DNA of 64,000 nt from an uncultured delta proteobacterium. Lineage in GTDB: Bacteria; Myxococcota_A; Polyangia; Polyangiales; Polyangiaceae. The notes below the pieces were generated by a model. The model saw nothing but the letters and a program-made list of their open reading frames with translations. It searched no databases and had not been told where the DNA came from. Location: positions 352,001 to 416,000 of the forward strand of contig CAWJCS010000004.1 in assembly GCA_963841435.1 (NCBI GenBank), in the 5' to 3' direction. This document shows positions 1-10,288 of this stretch, piece by piece (within the stretch, counting starts at the first letter, position 1; the number at the start of each line of letters is the position of its first letter). The translations under genes were made by a program, and so were the position numbers.

Positions 1-2
1 TC

Positions 3-512
3 GCGCGGGCGCTCGCTCAGGTCGGCAAGAAGGATCGCGCGGCGGCGCTGTTGTCCCGGGCGATCGAGCTCGGCGAGCGCCGCGGCACGATCGACGCCGA
101 CGCGCTGCTCGATCTCGCGCGCCTCTTGGCCGACGATTTCGCGGATTTGCCGCAGGGCATTGCGCGTGCGCGCGCCGTGCCGGCATCGTCCGAGCGTGCG
201 GTCGAGGCGCGTCGGCTCGAGGGCTTGTGGCGTAGCCGCCTCGGCGACGTCGCGGGCGCATCGCTCGCGTACGGTCGCATGCGCGAAGCGATCGAGCTCG
301 GGGCCCGCACGGGCGACCAAACCGCGGTCTGGCTCGCCGAGGCGGGCGCCTTCGAGCGCGACGCACGGCGCGAGCCCGCGGCGGCCGAGCGGCACTACGC
401 CCTCGCCATGCGTCTCGCCCCGCACGATCCGCTCCTGCTCGCGCGCTACCGCGAGGTGTCGGCCGAGCTCGCCGAGGTCCAGCGTCGGGCTCGCGCCACC
501 GAACGCCGCTGA
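3..512 (+). CDS. C-terminal part of a TPR-like helical repeat protein (5' truncated by window)
   Basis: Frame open from window start; Ala/Leu/Arg-rich helical repeats such as 'AAALLSRAIELG' and 'AERHYALAMRLAPHDP'. Confidence 0.65.
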   Translation, partial: ARALAQVGKKDRAAALLSRAIELGERRGTIDADALLDLARLLADDFADLPQGIARARAVPASSERAVEARRLEGLWRSRLGDVAGASLAYGRMREAIELGARTGDQTAVWLAEAGAFERDARREPAAAERHYALAMRLAPHDPLLLARYREVSAELAEVQRRARATERR

Positions 513-526
513 GCGCGGCGCTCCGT

Positions 527-1744
527 TCAGGCGACGGCTCGTGCCGCGCCCTCGCCGACGAAGGCGTCGTGCCACGCAGCCTCCGCAGCGGCAAGCCCGT
601 GCGCCGGCAAGAGCGCGCTCACGCGCCGCGGTGTGCTCACGAACAGCGCCGGCGTCTCCGGCAAAAGCCCACACGCTTCGGCGACGCGCCGCGGATCGGT
701 CCCGACGTGAAGCCCGACGAGGCTCACCTGCCCGAGGTTCTCGAAGAGCTCGATGCCGGGCGGCCCCGAGCAGAGCTTCGCGCGGTGCTCGGCGAAATCG
801 GGGGCGCTCGTGAGCGAAAAGCTCACCATCAGGTGCTCGCCCTCGAGCACCGTGTCGCGCAGCTCGAGCTCGGCCGCGGCGGCCGCCGACAAGAGCTCCG
901 CTGCGCGCTCACGCGGCGCCCTCAAAAGCGCGACCCCTCGGTCCGCCACCACGGCGCAGAGGGGGCGGGCTCCGCCGCGCTCGCCGACGAGCGTCTCGCG
1001 GCCGCCCGCGCCGTGCACGAAGTCTGCCGTGCGGCGCGCCGCCAGCACGACGCCGCTCTTCTTCGCCCACTCGACGGCGCGCGCGCAGAGCACCTTCGCG
1101 CCCGAGTCCGCCATCTCTTGCATCGTCTCGTAGTCGAGTGTCCCGAGCTGCACGGCATCGGGCACGTTGCGCGGATCGGCGCTGTAGACGCCGTCGATGT
1201 CGCTGTAGATCTCGCAGCGCTCGGCGCCGAGCGCCGCCGCCAGCGCCACGGCCGTCGTATCGGAGCCGCCCCGCCCGAGCGTCGTGATTTCGCGCCGGTA
1301 GCTCATGCCCTGATAGCCGGCCACGATCACGATGCGCCCCCGCGCGAGCTCGTCCTCGATGCGAAACGGACGGACCTCGATGATGCGTGCGTCGAAATGC
1401 CGGTCGTTCGTGATGATGCCCGATTGAGACCCCGTGAGGCTGACGGCGTCGCCACCGTGCGCGCGGATCGCGATCGACAACAACGCCATGCTGACACGCT
1501 CGCCGGTGCTCACGAGCATGTCGAGCTCGCGCCGCGGCGGCTCGGCGTGCCCACCCGCGGCGGCGAGACGCGCGGCGGCTCGCCCGAGCTCGAGCAAGCC
1601 GTCCGTGGTCTTGCCCATGGCGCTCACCACGACGACCACATCGTGGCCCTCCCGCCGCGTCCGCGTCACCAGCTCGGCGACCTTTCCGAGCTTGTCGAGG
1701 TCCGCGAGGGACGAGCCGCCGAACTTCTGAACGACGATCGCCAC
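527..1744 (-). CDS. lysC: Aspartate kinase
   Basis: [31 protein letters not shown] and [13 protein letters not shown] motifs; degenerate C-terminal ACT region. Confidence 0.96.
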   Translation of the reverse strand: MAIVVQKFGGSSLADLDKLGKVAELVTRTRREGHDVVVVVSAMGKTTDGLLELGRAAARLAAAGGHAEPPRRELDMLVSTGERVSMALLSIAIRAHGGDAVSLTGSQSGIITNDRHFDARIIEVRPFRIEDELARGRIVIVAGYQGMSYRREITTLGRGGSDTTAVALAAALGAERCEIYSDIDGVYSADPRNVPDAVQLGTLDYETMQEMADSGAKVLCARAVEWAKKSGVVLAARRTADFVHGAGGRETLVGERGGARPLCAVVADRGVALLRAPRERAAELLSAAAAAELELRDTVLEGEHLMVSFSLTSAPDFAEHRAKLCSGPPGIELFENLGQVSLVGLHVGTDPRRVAEACGLLPETPALFVSTPRRVSALLPAHGLAAAEAAWHDAFVGEGAARAVA

Positions 1745-1800
1745 CCGCTACGATTAGCCGCTCTCGCCCTTTCGGGCCAAATCCGCCGCTCGAAGGGGTG

Positions 1801-3264
1801 TCAGTCGCCGGCCGGCGGCTCGAAGCGGACGAGACCGGCATCGCCGACGCCCGAAAGCCGCGAGCCGTCCCAGGCGAGCCGCTCGAGGCGACCGTTCTCC
1901 AGGCCGTCCGTCGAATCGTCGCCAGCGCCCTCGAGCGTCGCGATCACGCGTGGCTTCGGGTCGGCGACGAGGAGCTCGACGACGCAGGTCTGGTCCCGGC
2001 TCTCGCGATAGAGCGCCAGAAAGACGGTCGCCCGACCGCCCACGCTGCCCACCGTCGCCGCCGTGCACCCGGCGCAGCCCGCCACGGACTCGAACGTCTC
2101 ACCCGCGTCGTTCGAGACCGCGACGCCGCGCTCGGCGTCGGCGATCACGATGACGCGGCCTGCCGTCGCGAGCAACGGTGCCTCCCCGCCGGCGATGTCG
2201 CTCGCCGGTGGCACGAGCCTGCGCTCGACGAACGTCTTGCCGCCGTCGGAGGACACGCCGAGGGCGGCCCCGTCGCGCGCCAGTGCCGCGAGCGGATCGC
2301 CGGTCGGCGAGATTGCGAGAGCGGTGAAGGTGGGCTCGATCATGCGGAAGGTCGTGCCGAGGTCGTCGCTCCTCACGAGGCGCCCCGAGGTGAGCCGGCC
2401 GATCACGGCGGACGGGTCGTTCTCGAGCTGGCAGAGCTCGAGGCTCTCGATGGCGCCGTCGAGCTCCGCGGTGCGGCGCCAATCGGTCAAGCGCTCGACC
2501 TCGGTCTTCATCCTGCCGCGCCTGAGCAGGCGGCCGAAGGCCGTGACGCACAGCGCTACCGTGCGCTCCTCGCCGAGCAGGGCGACGCTGGCGATGCGCG
2601 TGCCGTCGAGCGCGATGCGGACGGGCGTGGCTCGCCCGGCGTCCAGCCACAGGAGGTCGCTGCTGCCCGCCACGACGGCGCCGCCGCCAAGGGCGAGCGC
2701 GCCGCAGCGCTCGGGAGCCGGTGCGAGGTGGGTCGCGCGCCACGGTGGTGACACGCGTGGCAGATCTTCGTCGTCCGCGACGCTCAGGCCACCGAAGCTT
2801 TCGAGAGTCGCGTCGAGACCGCCGTCGTCCGCGTCGAGATCCGGCAAGTCGCCCTCGCGAATGACCGCCGGCTCGTCCTCGATGCCGGTGCGGTCGTCCT
2901 GCCCCGTGAAGGACCCGTGCTCGCTGTGCTCGAGCGAGTCGCTGCCGGGCTCGGCGATGCCGAAGTCGTCGCCCTGCTCCACCACCTCCTCCTCGGCGAA
3001 GTCGGCATCACCACCCACGTCGAGATCGAGTACGACGTCATCCGCACCACCGTCGGGCTCCGACGGCAGCTCGACGCCGATCGGATCGGTGAGTGGCTCG
3101 TCGTCGTCGGCGTGCGTGGTCTCGTCGTCGAGGGGCGGCAAGAGATCGTCGAGCGCGCGATCGCGCGGCCCGTCGTCGTCGCCGTCGTCATCGGACGGAG
3201 GGGCCGGCGGGGTGCGCGGGGCTTGGACCGCTGTCATGGGAGCGTCGTCCCTTTTCGGGTCCAC
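1801..3264 (-). CDS. Hypothetical protein: acidic disordered N-terminus plus BNR/Asp-box beta-propeller
   Basis: Three SxDxGxTF Asp-box motifs (RSDDLGTTF, SSDGGKTF, SNDAGETF); about 170 aa D/E-rich N-terminus; start may be the ATG at 3237. Confidence 0.75.
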   Translation of the reverse strand: MDPKRDDAPMTAVQAPRTPPAPPSDDDGDDDGPRDRALDDLLPPLDDETTHADDDEPLTDPIGVELPSEPDGGADDVVLDLDVGGDADFAEEEVVEQGDDFGIAEPGSDSLEHSEHGSFTGQDDRTGIEDEPAVIREGDLPDLDADDGGLDATLESFGGLSVADDEDLPRVSPPWRATHLAPAPERCGALALGGGAVVAGSSDLLWLDAGRATPVRIALDGTRIASVALLGEERTVALCVTAFGRLLRRGRMKTEVERLTDWRRTAELDGAIESLELCQLENDPSAVIGRLTSGRLVRSDDLGTTFRMIEPTFTALAISPTGDPLAALARDGAALGVSSDGGKTFVERRLVPPASDIAGGEAPLLATAGRVIVIADAERGVAVSNDAGETFESVAGCAGCTAATVGSVGGRATVFLALYRESRDQTCVVELLVADPKPRVIATLEGAGDDSTDGLENGRLERLAWDGSRLSGVGDAGLVRFEPPAGD

Positions 3265-3332
3265 CGTCGTTCGCTGTCAAGGCCCGCGAAGCGCTGCCTG
3301 GTGGTTCCCTGGCTTGGGGGTATCGTGTGGAC

Positions 3333-3596
3333 ATGAGCGAACCACGTGCCGACGACCAGCCAATCGCGGAATCGCAGCACGGAAACACGGGCGAGCTCGT
3401 CGAGCGCAGGGTCCACGTTCGCGCGCGCGACGTCGTGCTGGTCAAGGGAATTTGCGAAGCGAGCGAAGGACTTTGCGCGATGTTCGCCGACCACGGTGGC
3501 GATCTCGTGCTCGCGGCACCTCGCTCACGCGCGCTCGAGCTCGACGAGCTCGTCGCGGATCTCGAGCGCGACTTCGAAGCGGTGGTCGAGCGCTGA
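3333..3596 (+). CDS. Small conserved protein, DUF4911-like
   Basis: ATG at 3333; 'VRARDVVLVKGICEASEGLC' resembles the DUF4911 pattern (recalled, not searched). Confidence 0.6.
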   Translation: MSEPRADDQPIAESQHGNTGELVERRVHVRARDVVLVKGICEASEGLCAMFADHGGDLVLAAPRSRALELDELVADLERDFEAVVER

Positions 3597-3689
3597 CTCG
3601 TGGGGCACGGCCCCCAGCGCCGGTCGCGTCACCGAAACGTGCGCGGGTCGTTGCATGACGGCGCGTGATGCTTTAGCGTCTCGTCCGAC

Positions 3690-4409
3690 ATGGCGGAGCA
3701 GGGTACTGACGTCGTCCCGTTGGTGGAGCGAACACCGTTGCCAGGCAACGTCACGGCGGGCGTGCGGATGCGCACGCCGACCCCGGGGGACGAGCGCATG
3801 GTGGGCGCGTGGTGTGAATGGTTGGGCGCCCTGGCGACGGACGCGGAAGCCGCGCTCGCCACCGCGATCGCTTATCAAGAGCTGACCCCCGCGGGGCGCG
3901 ACTACTGGCTCGCCGTCCTGGCGCAGGACGAAAAGCGTCTCGACGTGCCGAAGATTGCCGTCTACGCGCCGCTGCTTGCCGTCGAGTCCGACCCGGCGCG
4001 TCGCGCGCGCATCAGCGTGGCGATGGGCCCGGTCGATCTCGAGGTCACGCCGCGCTTCGCGGCGCGCGGCCTGTCCGGTGTCGCGCCCGATGGCATGCGC
4101 CTCGCCGTGCTGATCACCCCGCTTTACCTCGATTTCGCGCAGGTTCTCGCCTGCGGCTACCGCGTGCACGCCGGCTTTGCCTGGGTTCGCCACGATCCCA
4201 TCCTGCTCGCTCGAAGCGCACCTCACGACGGCGATCATTTCGATGGGGTCGCGCTCGAAGATCGACCCATCAAGCACCTGATCGACGAGCTGGCGCACAC
4301 CGTGCTCGCACACCGTCGCTCGGGGCGCGAGCTGCCCGACGCGCTCCGTTCCTTCGCCGACCTGTTCGGTCCGGTGGGGGAAGGGTCGTCGCCGCCGCCC
4401 GCGCCGTGA
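3690..4409 (+). CDS. Hypothetical protein
   Basis: 239 aa ORF with globular composition; stop overlaps next start (GTGA). Confidence 0.75.
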   Translation: MAEQGTDVVPLVERTPLPGNVTAGVRMRTPTPGDERMVGAWCEWLGALATDAEAALATAIAYQELTPAGRDYWLAVLAQDEKRLDVPKIAVYAPLLAVESDPARRARISVAMGPVDLEVTPRFAARGLSGVAPDGMRLAVLITPLYLDFAQVLACGYRVHAGFAWVRHDPILLARSAPHDGDHFDGVALEDRPIKHLIDELAHTVLAHRRSGRELPDALRSFADLFGPVGEGSSPPPAP

Positions 4410-4915
4410 GCACGTGGCGCTTCGCGCTACTTTCGCTGCTCGTTTTTTCGTGCGGCACACGCGAGCCCGAGGCTCCAGCGGCGACGACGGCGAAGCGCTC
4501 CGCGCCAATCGTCTTCTCGTACGGCACGCCGGCGGGAAATGTCTTCGGCAGCCAGGTCACGCGCGGCCGCGTCACGGCCATCTTGTTCGTGACGACGTTC
4601 GATCTGCCCTCGCAGGTGATGGCGCGTCGGCTCGACGACGTGGTGCGCTATCACCGGCCGCGCGTCAACGCGGGCGCCGTCGTGGTCGAGGCGCCAAACG
4701 CGGCGCCACTCGTCGACGTCTTCAAGCAGACGCTCGATCTGCACTTCGAGGTCGCGTTGAGCGGGACGGGTGACGAGCACGACGGACCGTTCGGGAGCAT
4801 CGACCGCGTGCCGACGCTCGTCGTGCTCGACGCGCGTGGCCGCGAGACGTTCCGGGCCTCGGGCGTGCTCGAGCCGAGCGCGATCGACGACGCTCTGGCC
4901 GCCGCCGGGCGCTGA
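4406..4915 (+). CDS. Thioredoxin-like (TlpA/redoxin fold) lipoprotein lacking CxxC
   Basis: GTG 4406 overlaps upstream TGA; lipobox VFSC; 'RGRVTAILFVTTFDLPS' and 'VPTLVVLDARGRE' are Trx-fold signatures. Confidence 0.7.
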   Translation: MSTWRFALLSLLVFSCGTREPEAPAATTAKRSAPIVFSYGTPAGNVFGSQVTRGRVTAILFVTTFDLPSQVMARRLDDVVRYHRPRVNAGAVVVEAPNAAPLVDVFKQTLDLHFEVALSGTGDEHDGPFGSIDRVPTLVVLDARGRETFRASGVLEPSAIDDALAAAGR

Positions 4916-4997
4916 CACCGGACCGCAGGTTTCTCGGCCCAAATCGGCGAGGCGCGGTTTGGCGCCCCGGCGCGTCCCGAGGCGCCGTGGCGAGCCG

Positions 4998-5576
4998 TCA
5001 GCCGACGAGGTCGCGCGAGAGGCTCGCGATGGTCTGCGGCGGCAGCGTCACCTCCGCGCGGTAGGCCGCGTGCTCGACGCCGAGCGCGAAGTTCCCCTCG
5101 TGCGAGCGGAGCGCCTGCTCCGCCGCCTCGTCGAGCTGCACCTTGACGTAGTGAACGGCCATGGTCCGCGTCGGGTCGGTCCCCCGTGGATCCGGCCGCG
5201 CGAAGGTGCGGTGACCGTTTACGTCGAGGTAGAAGCGCCCCTCGACGCCCGCGAGCGCCGCGAGCATGCGGTCGCGCTCTTCGTCGTCGGTGTACTCGAT
5301 GAAAATCGTCAGGCTGAGCTCGCGGTCGCCCGGTACGAGCTCGTTGTACGTTTCGATCTCGTGAGCGATGCCGGCCTCGCTCGTGATCCGCTCCGTACGA
5401 AGCATCTCCTGGATCTGCAGGAGCGCCGAATCGCGGTTCTCGAAGAGCGCGGTCATGTTCGGGCCCAGCGCGACGTAGCGCGTTTTCTTTTCCTCGAGCA
5501 CGCGGCCGCGAAACGCTGGGCGCACGCTCTCGTAGGCGCCGAGCCCAAGGATCTCGGAACGTTCGATGGGCCTCAT
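4998..5576 (-). CDS. DUF3501 family protein
   Basis: 'LFENRDSALLQIQEMLRTE' and 'YNELVPG...LSLTIFIE'; ATGA overlap with upstream Fe-S gene. Confidence 0.9.
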   Translation of the reverse strand: MRPIERSEILGLGAYESVRPAFRGRVLEEKKTRYVALGPNMTALFENRDSALLQIQEMLRTERITSEAGIAHEIETYNELVPGDRELSLTIFIEYTDDEERDRMLAALAGVEGRFYLDVNGHRTFARPDPRGTDPTRTMAVHYVKVQLDEAAEQALRSHEGNFALGVEHAAYRAEVTLPPQTIASLSRDLVG

Positions 5577-6886
5577 CCGTACGCCTCGGCCAAAAGCTGG
5601 ATGGGGTGGCGGGCCTCGAGGCCGTTTTCCTTCTTGATGCGGAGCGCCGCGAGGCTGCAATCGGTGACGACGTGCGTCTCGCCGTCTGCCTGTCCTTCGC
5701 GCACTTCACGGGCGAGCGCTGCGGCATAGCGTGCCCCCTCGGCGTAGTAGGCGGCCTTCATGCCCCAGGTTCCGTCCACGGCCGAGCAACGCTCGATGAT
5801 GCGCACTTCCGTGTCGGGTAGGGTCGAAAGCACGCGCGCGCCGGGCACGGCAATCTTCTGGGCGCGCAGGTGGCAGGCGGCGTGATACGCGAGCTTGCCG
5901 AAGCCGCGCGAATACTCGCGGTTCAGCTTCTTTTGGCGGCGCAGCCCGTCGAGAAATTCCATGAGGTCCTTCGTCGCGGCGGCGACCTTCTTGGCGGCGG
6001 CCGTCTCGACGTAGAGGGGCCACTCCTTCTTCATGGTGTAGCCGCAGGTGGGGCCGGGGACGACGATCGTGAGCCCGTCCTCGACGTACGGGAGAAGGCA
6101 GCGCACGTTCGCTTCCATCTTCCGGCGTGCCGCGTCGACGTCACCGCCGTCGAGATTCGGCATGCCGCAGCAGGTGAGGCCGGCGGGCAGCTCGACGGAG
6201 AAGCCGTTCTTCTCGAGGACGCGCGTGGCAGCCTCGGGCACGGCGGGGAAATTGTGCTCGCCGTAGCAGGTGGGAAACATCACCACGCGCCCCTCACGGC
6301 CCGCTTCCGGCGCGGGAACGTGCTCGGAGAAGAAGCGGGTGAACGAGCGTGTCGCGATGGGCGGTAGTGGGAAGTCGGCCGAGATTCCGGTCGTTTTTTC
6401 GGCAATCTTCCGCACCAGGCGGTTCGCGTTCACGAGGTTCGCGAGCCTCGCCTGCGGGCCCACCGAGAGCGCGCCGATCGTCGCGGGCTCGCCGAGGATG
6501 CGATCCACGAGCGGAATGCCCTCGTGCCGCGCGCGGACGGCCTTTTCGCGCGCCATCAGGCGAGGAAAATCCAGCGACTCGTAGGCCCCTTCATCGGGCG
6601 TGTAGGGACACTTGATGTAGCAGAGCTTGCATTGCCAGCAGTGGTCGCTCACGGCGCGGATGGTCTCGTCGCGCACCGTCTCCGCGCCCTCCGCGCGGCC
6701 CGCTTCGATGTCGCGGTCGATCGCCGCGAAGAGCAACGGGAAGGAGCCGCAGTACGTGACGCACATGCGGCAGTCCTGGCAGATCTGGAAGGTGCGCCGA
6801 AGCTCGGCCTCCAAATCGCGCTGGTCGAAGTAGCGGGGGTCGCCGGGCGCGAGCGCCGGTGGCTCGGCGGGGGCCCGAGCGGGCAC
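5573..6886 (-). CDS. Rubrerythrin-associated Fe-S oxidoreductase (GlpC/HdrD-like: 4Fe-4S dicluster plus CCG domains)
   Basis: [11 protein letters not shown] and [12 protein letters not shown] ferredoxin motifs, TCCGMP and YHAACH; start uncertain (GTG 6886 or CTG 6922). Confidence 0.9.
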   Translation of the reverse strand: MPARAPAEPPALAPGDPRYFDQRDLEAELRRTFQICQDCRMCVTYCGSFPLLFAAIDRDIEAGRAEGAETVRDETIRAVSDHCWQCKLCYIKCPYTPDEGAYESLDFPRLMAREKAVRARHEGIPLVDRILGEPATIGALSVGPQARLANLVNANRLVRKIAEKTTGISADFPLPPIATRSFTRFFSEHVPAPEAGREGRVVMFPTCYGEHNFPAVPEAATRVLEKNGFSVELPAGLTCCGMPNLDGGDVDAARRKMEANVRCLLPYVEDGLTIVVPGPTCGYTMKKEWPLYVETAAAKKVAAATKDLMEFLDGLRRQKKLNREYSRGFGKLAYHAACHLRAQKIAVPGARVLSTLPDTEVRIIERCSAVDGTWGMKAAYYAEGARYAAALAREVREGQADGETHVVTDCSLAALRIKKENGLEARHPIQLLAEAYG

Positions 6887-6918
6887 TCGGCCCGGCTTGT
6901 CCTGCGGGGAGGGGCTCG

Positions 6919-7341
6919 TCAGTTGCCGAGCTCCTTGGACGCCTTCTCGAAGCGACCGGCGTGCGACTTCTCCGCCTTCGCGAGCGTCTCGAACCACTCG
7001 GCGATATCGGAGAAGCCCTCGTCGCGCGCCGTCTTCGCGAAGCCCGGGTACATCGTCTGGTACTCGTAGGTCTCGCCCGTCGCAGCGGCGACGAGGTTCT
7101 TCGCCGTGTCGCCGATCGGCTTGCCCGTGGCGGGGTCACCGACCTGCTTCAGGAAGTCGAGGTGTCCGTGGGCGTGCCCGGTCTCGCCGTCGGCGGTGTC
7201 CTTGAACAGGCCGGCCACCTCCGGGTAGCCCTCCACGTCCGCGACCTTCGCGAAGTAGAGGTAGCGGCGGTTCGCCTGCGACTCGCCGGCAAACGCTTCT
7301 TTCAGGTTGGTATGTGTCTTGGTTCCTTCGAGCTTGGCCAT
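6919..7341 (-). CDS. rbr: Rubrerythrin (short, no rubredoxin domain)
   Basis: [32 protein letters not shown] and EKSHA di-iron ligands. Confidence 0.96.
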   Translation of the reverse strand: MAKLEGTKTHTNLKEAFAGESQANRRYLYFAKVADVEGYPEVAGLFKDTADGETGHAHGHLDFLKQVGDPATGKPIGDTAKNLVAAATGETYEYQTMYPGFAKTARDEGFSDIAEWFETLAKAEKSHAGRFEKASKELGN

Positions 7342-7524
7342 GGGATGAGGTGTACTCCGATGTGGGTTTCGGGGGACACACGTTTTTGTGCTCCTCGCGT
7401 CGCCTCGTCAAGCGGGCGTTCACTCGTGAATTTCGGCAAAGCGCCCAGGTTGTGGGTGGGGAAAATTTTGCGGTATGCTTTGCCTCAAATGTTCAGTTGG
7501 TTGCGGGACCGAGGGCTTGTTGGG

Positions 7525-9552
7525 ATGGGTGCGGCTACCGTGGCGGTTTCGCTCGCGGTCGCCGTCGCGTGTAGTGGCAAAAGCGATCCACCGGTTGGCG
7601 GGGGACAGACGGGGACGGGCGGTCGCGGAGCGCTTTCTACGGGCGGCACGGGCGGCGGTCGGAGTGGCAGCGGCGGCGCGGGCGGCACCTCGGGGTCGGG
7701 CAACATGGAAGCCGGAGCGGCCGGCGAGCCAGTCGTGCCCGGCGGGCCGATCGTCCAGATCACGAGCCCTGCCGCGCTCGGCAGCCCGTCGGATGGTGAC
7801 GTCCTCACCGCACCCGAGCTCACGGTGCTGTGTGAGGTGCGCGCCGATCCGAACGGCAGTGGCCTCAATGCGAGCACCGTCTTCATCGAGCTTCTGGATG
7901 CCGACGAGAACACCGTCGAGGAGGTTGCTGCCGCGCGAACCGGCGAGCCTGACGAATTCTCCGCTCGAGTGATCCTGACCAAGGTTCCCGACAACGGCCG
8001 CATCGGGTTTCGCTGCAGCGCCGCCGACAGCGGTTCCCCGGCGCTCACCGGCGTCGACACGGCGTGGAGCTTCGTCGACCACGGCCCCGAGATCGTCGTC
8101 ACGAGCCCGGTGCCGGACTCCGCGCACGCGCTACTCGGCGACGTGCGTTTCCGCTTCAGCGTGAATGCAGCGCCCGTGGCGAAGTCGGATTCCGAGGCGG
8201 CCGTAGACGACGTCACGCTGGAAATCGCAGGCGTTGGCATCGATCCCGGCAAGCCCGACAACGGCGACTACGACGTTTCCGTGGACCTCGCGGACACCAA
8301 TGTGTTCCCGGACACACCGAGCGGCACCGTGCCCGTCACCATCACGGCAACGAACAAGCGCAGCCCCGACCCCGCCGAGCGCGTCGTGAGCTACGGCTTC
8401 GTGATCGACGGGGAGGGACCGGACATCACCATTACTTCGCCGAAGAACGAGGCGGTCGTGGGGGGACAGGTTGCGCTGCGCTTTTCCGTGACGGACGCGC
8501 TCTCGGGGGTGGACGAAGCATCCGTTACGGTCGAGCTCAATGGGAAGGAGCACCGCTTCGGTGAGGGCGGCACGTGGTCGCACAACGGCGACGACTTCGT
8601 GTTCCTGTTCGACAGCACGCAGGCCGAGAAGGACTCCAAGATTCAGGCAACGCTGGTGATCCGTGCCAGCGACACGGTCGGCAATACGGCGTCGGGTGAA
8701 TCGCTGCTGCTCTATCTCGACAACATTCCACCTGTCGTCGATCTCGATCCACCCAATGTGCGTGAATCGAAACGCAACACCAACTCCGTGAACGGTACGG
8801 ATTGCTCCGCGTCGTTCGACCCGCTGGGTACGAAGCCGCCGAACGACTATCCGGACAGTGTGATACCAGCCGACACCATGAGCCCGTATTCCGTCCCGCG
8901 CGCCCAAATATTTCGGGCGCTCGTGTGGGAGCGCACCAACCAAATCCCCGGGCAGAGCATCCTCCGCTACTCGGGCACCAACGAGGATTCGGTTTTCATC
9001 TACATTCAACCGGCAGTCGCCACGCCGCTCCTCGTCGATACGACGAACGACGGGCAGTGCGACGAGCTGGCGGTCTCCGGTCTGCAGTTTCAGCACATGA
9101 AGGCACTCACCCCGGCGGGGGCGGCCTGGTACGACGATGTCGATTCCACGAAGGTTCCGGACACGACTTCGGAATGCTCGCTGCTGAATCAGAACGAGCC
9201 TGCGCACCTCTGCACGAGCCAGGTGTCCGACATGACGCGCGTGATTGCTCACGAGATCGAGGGCCATCCCCCCGTCATCTACGCACTAGGACAGCTCAAC
9301 CCTGGCATCGCGTGCACGGGGACTGACTGGGAGATCGGTTCGATCGCGCCCGAGGGTTGGGTGTGCCTCGCGGCCCGCGCCGTTGACAATGCGGGTAACG
9401 TCGGCATTTCGCCGCCACTGGCACTTTGCTACGACGACCCGGACACTTCGGCGCAGCCGTCGTGCGCCACCACGAAGGAGACGCCTCCGGATTGCACCGA
9501 CGGGTGCTTGCCGCCAGTTGGCTTCACAGCGCGCATTCTGGCCCCGCCCTGA
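7525..9552 (+). CDS. Large surface lipoprotein with Gly-rich linker, tandem Ig-like domains and Cys-rich C-terminus
   Basis: Lipobox AVAC-SG; repeated 'GP.I.ITSP' Ig-like junctions; many Cys in C-terminal region; alternative ATG at 7489. Confidence 0.8.
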   Translation: MGAATVAVSLAVAVACSGKSDPPVGGGQTGTGGRGALSTGGTGGGRSGSGGAGGTSGSGNMEAGAAGEPVVPGGPIVQITSPAALGSPSDGDVLTAPELTVLCEVRADPNGSGLNASTVFIELLDADENTVEEVAAARTGEPDEFSARVILTKVPDNGRIGFRCSAADSGSPALTGVDTAWSFVDHGPEIVVTSPVPDSAHALLGDVRFRFSVNAAPVAKSDSEAAVDDVTLEIAGVGIDPGKPDNGDYDVSVDLADTNVFPDTPSGTVPVTITATNKRSPDPAERVVSYGFVIDGEGPDITITSPKNEAVVGGQVALRFSVTDALSGVDEASVTVELNGKEHRFGEGGTWSHNGDDFVFLFDSTQAEKDSKIQATLVIRASDTVGNTASGESLLLYLDNIPPVVDLDPPNVRESKRNTNSVNGTDCSASFDPLGTKPPNDYPDSVIPADTMSPYSVPRAQIFRALVWERTNQIPGQSILRYSGTNEDSVFIYIQPAVATPLLVDTTNDGQCDELAVSGLQFQHMKALTPAGAAWYDDVDSTKVPDTTSECSLLNQNEPAHLCTSQVSDMTRVIAHEIEGHPPVIYALGQLNPGIACTGTDWEIGSIAPEGWVCLAARAVDNAGNVGISPPLALCYDDPDTSAQPSCATTKETPPDCTDGCLPPVGFTARILAPP

Positions 9553-9566
9553 GAGCTGCACGGTTC

Positions 9567-10256
9567 GTGTCAACGCCCGCCCTCCCGTTTTCCGCCTTGC
9601 GCCGCGAAGCCGTCGCCATGGCGCGCCAGTGGCGGCTGCTCCCGCTGGGCCTCGGCACGATTGTCCCATCGACGCACGCCTCGGACATCGTCGTTCTCGC
9701 GCACGGCTTTCTCGCGACGGCCGGCGTGCTGCGCCCGCTCGCCGAACGGCTCGAGCGCGAGACGGGCGCGCGGGTCGCTTCGTTCACCCACGTTCCGGGT
9801 GAGGGCGTCGAGCGCATCGCGGCGCGCATCGCCGCGCTCGTCGCGCAGCTGCCGGGTGCCACTGAGCGGCTCCACCTCGTTGGGCACAGTATCGGGGGCC
9901 TCGCGGCGCGCCACTACGCGACCGGCCCCACGGCGGATCCGCGCATCGTGCAGACGATCTCGATCGCGAGCCCATTCTCGGGCGTGCGCCGAGCCTCGCT
10001 GTTTCCTGGTCAGCTCGGCCGCGACCTCGACCCGGAGGCCCGGCTGCTCGCTCGCCTGCGCGCGGGGATCGGACGCGGCGTGCCCCATTTTTGCGTGGCG
10101 GGAAGCCACGACGTCGTGGTCGAAGGAGGCGCGCTCTTGCCCTCGGCCGAGCGGCTGCTCGCGCCTGGCTGTGGCCACAACGCCGTCTTGTACGACCCGC
10201 TCGTCGAGGGCGAAATCGTCGCGCGCGTGCGGAGAGCGGGCGGCCGCGGGCTTTGA
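9567..10256 (+). CDS. Alpha/beta hydrolase (lipase/esterase)
   Basis: VVLAHGF oxyanion motif, LVGHSIGG nucleophile elbow, HDVVV Asp and GCGH His; start GTG 9567 or ATG 9618. Confidence 0.88.
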   Translation: MSTPALPFSALRREAVAMARQWRLLPLGLGTIVPSTHASDIVVLAHGFLATAGVLRPLAERLERETGARVASFTHVPGEGVERIAARIAALVAQLPGATERLHLVGHSIGGLAARHYATGPTADPRIVQTISIASPFSGVRRASLFPGQLGRDLDPEARLLARLRAGIGRGVPHFCVAGSHDVVVEGGALLPSAERLLAPGCGHNAVLYDPLVEGEIVARVRRAGGRGL

Positions 10257-10288
10257 ACGGCCGGCGTCCCGTGGTACGCGGGCGCGCC

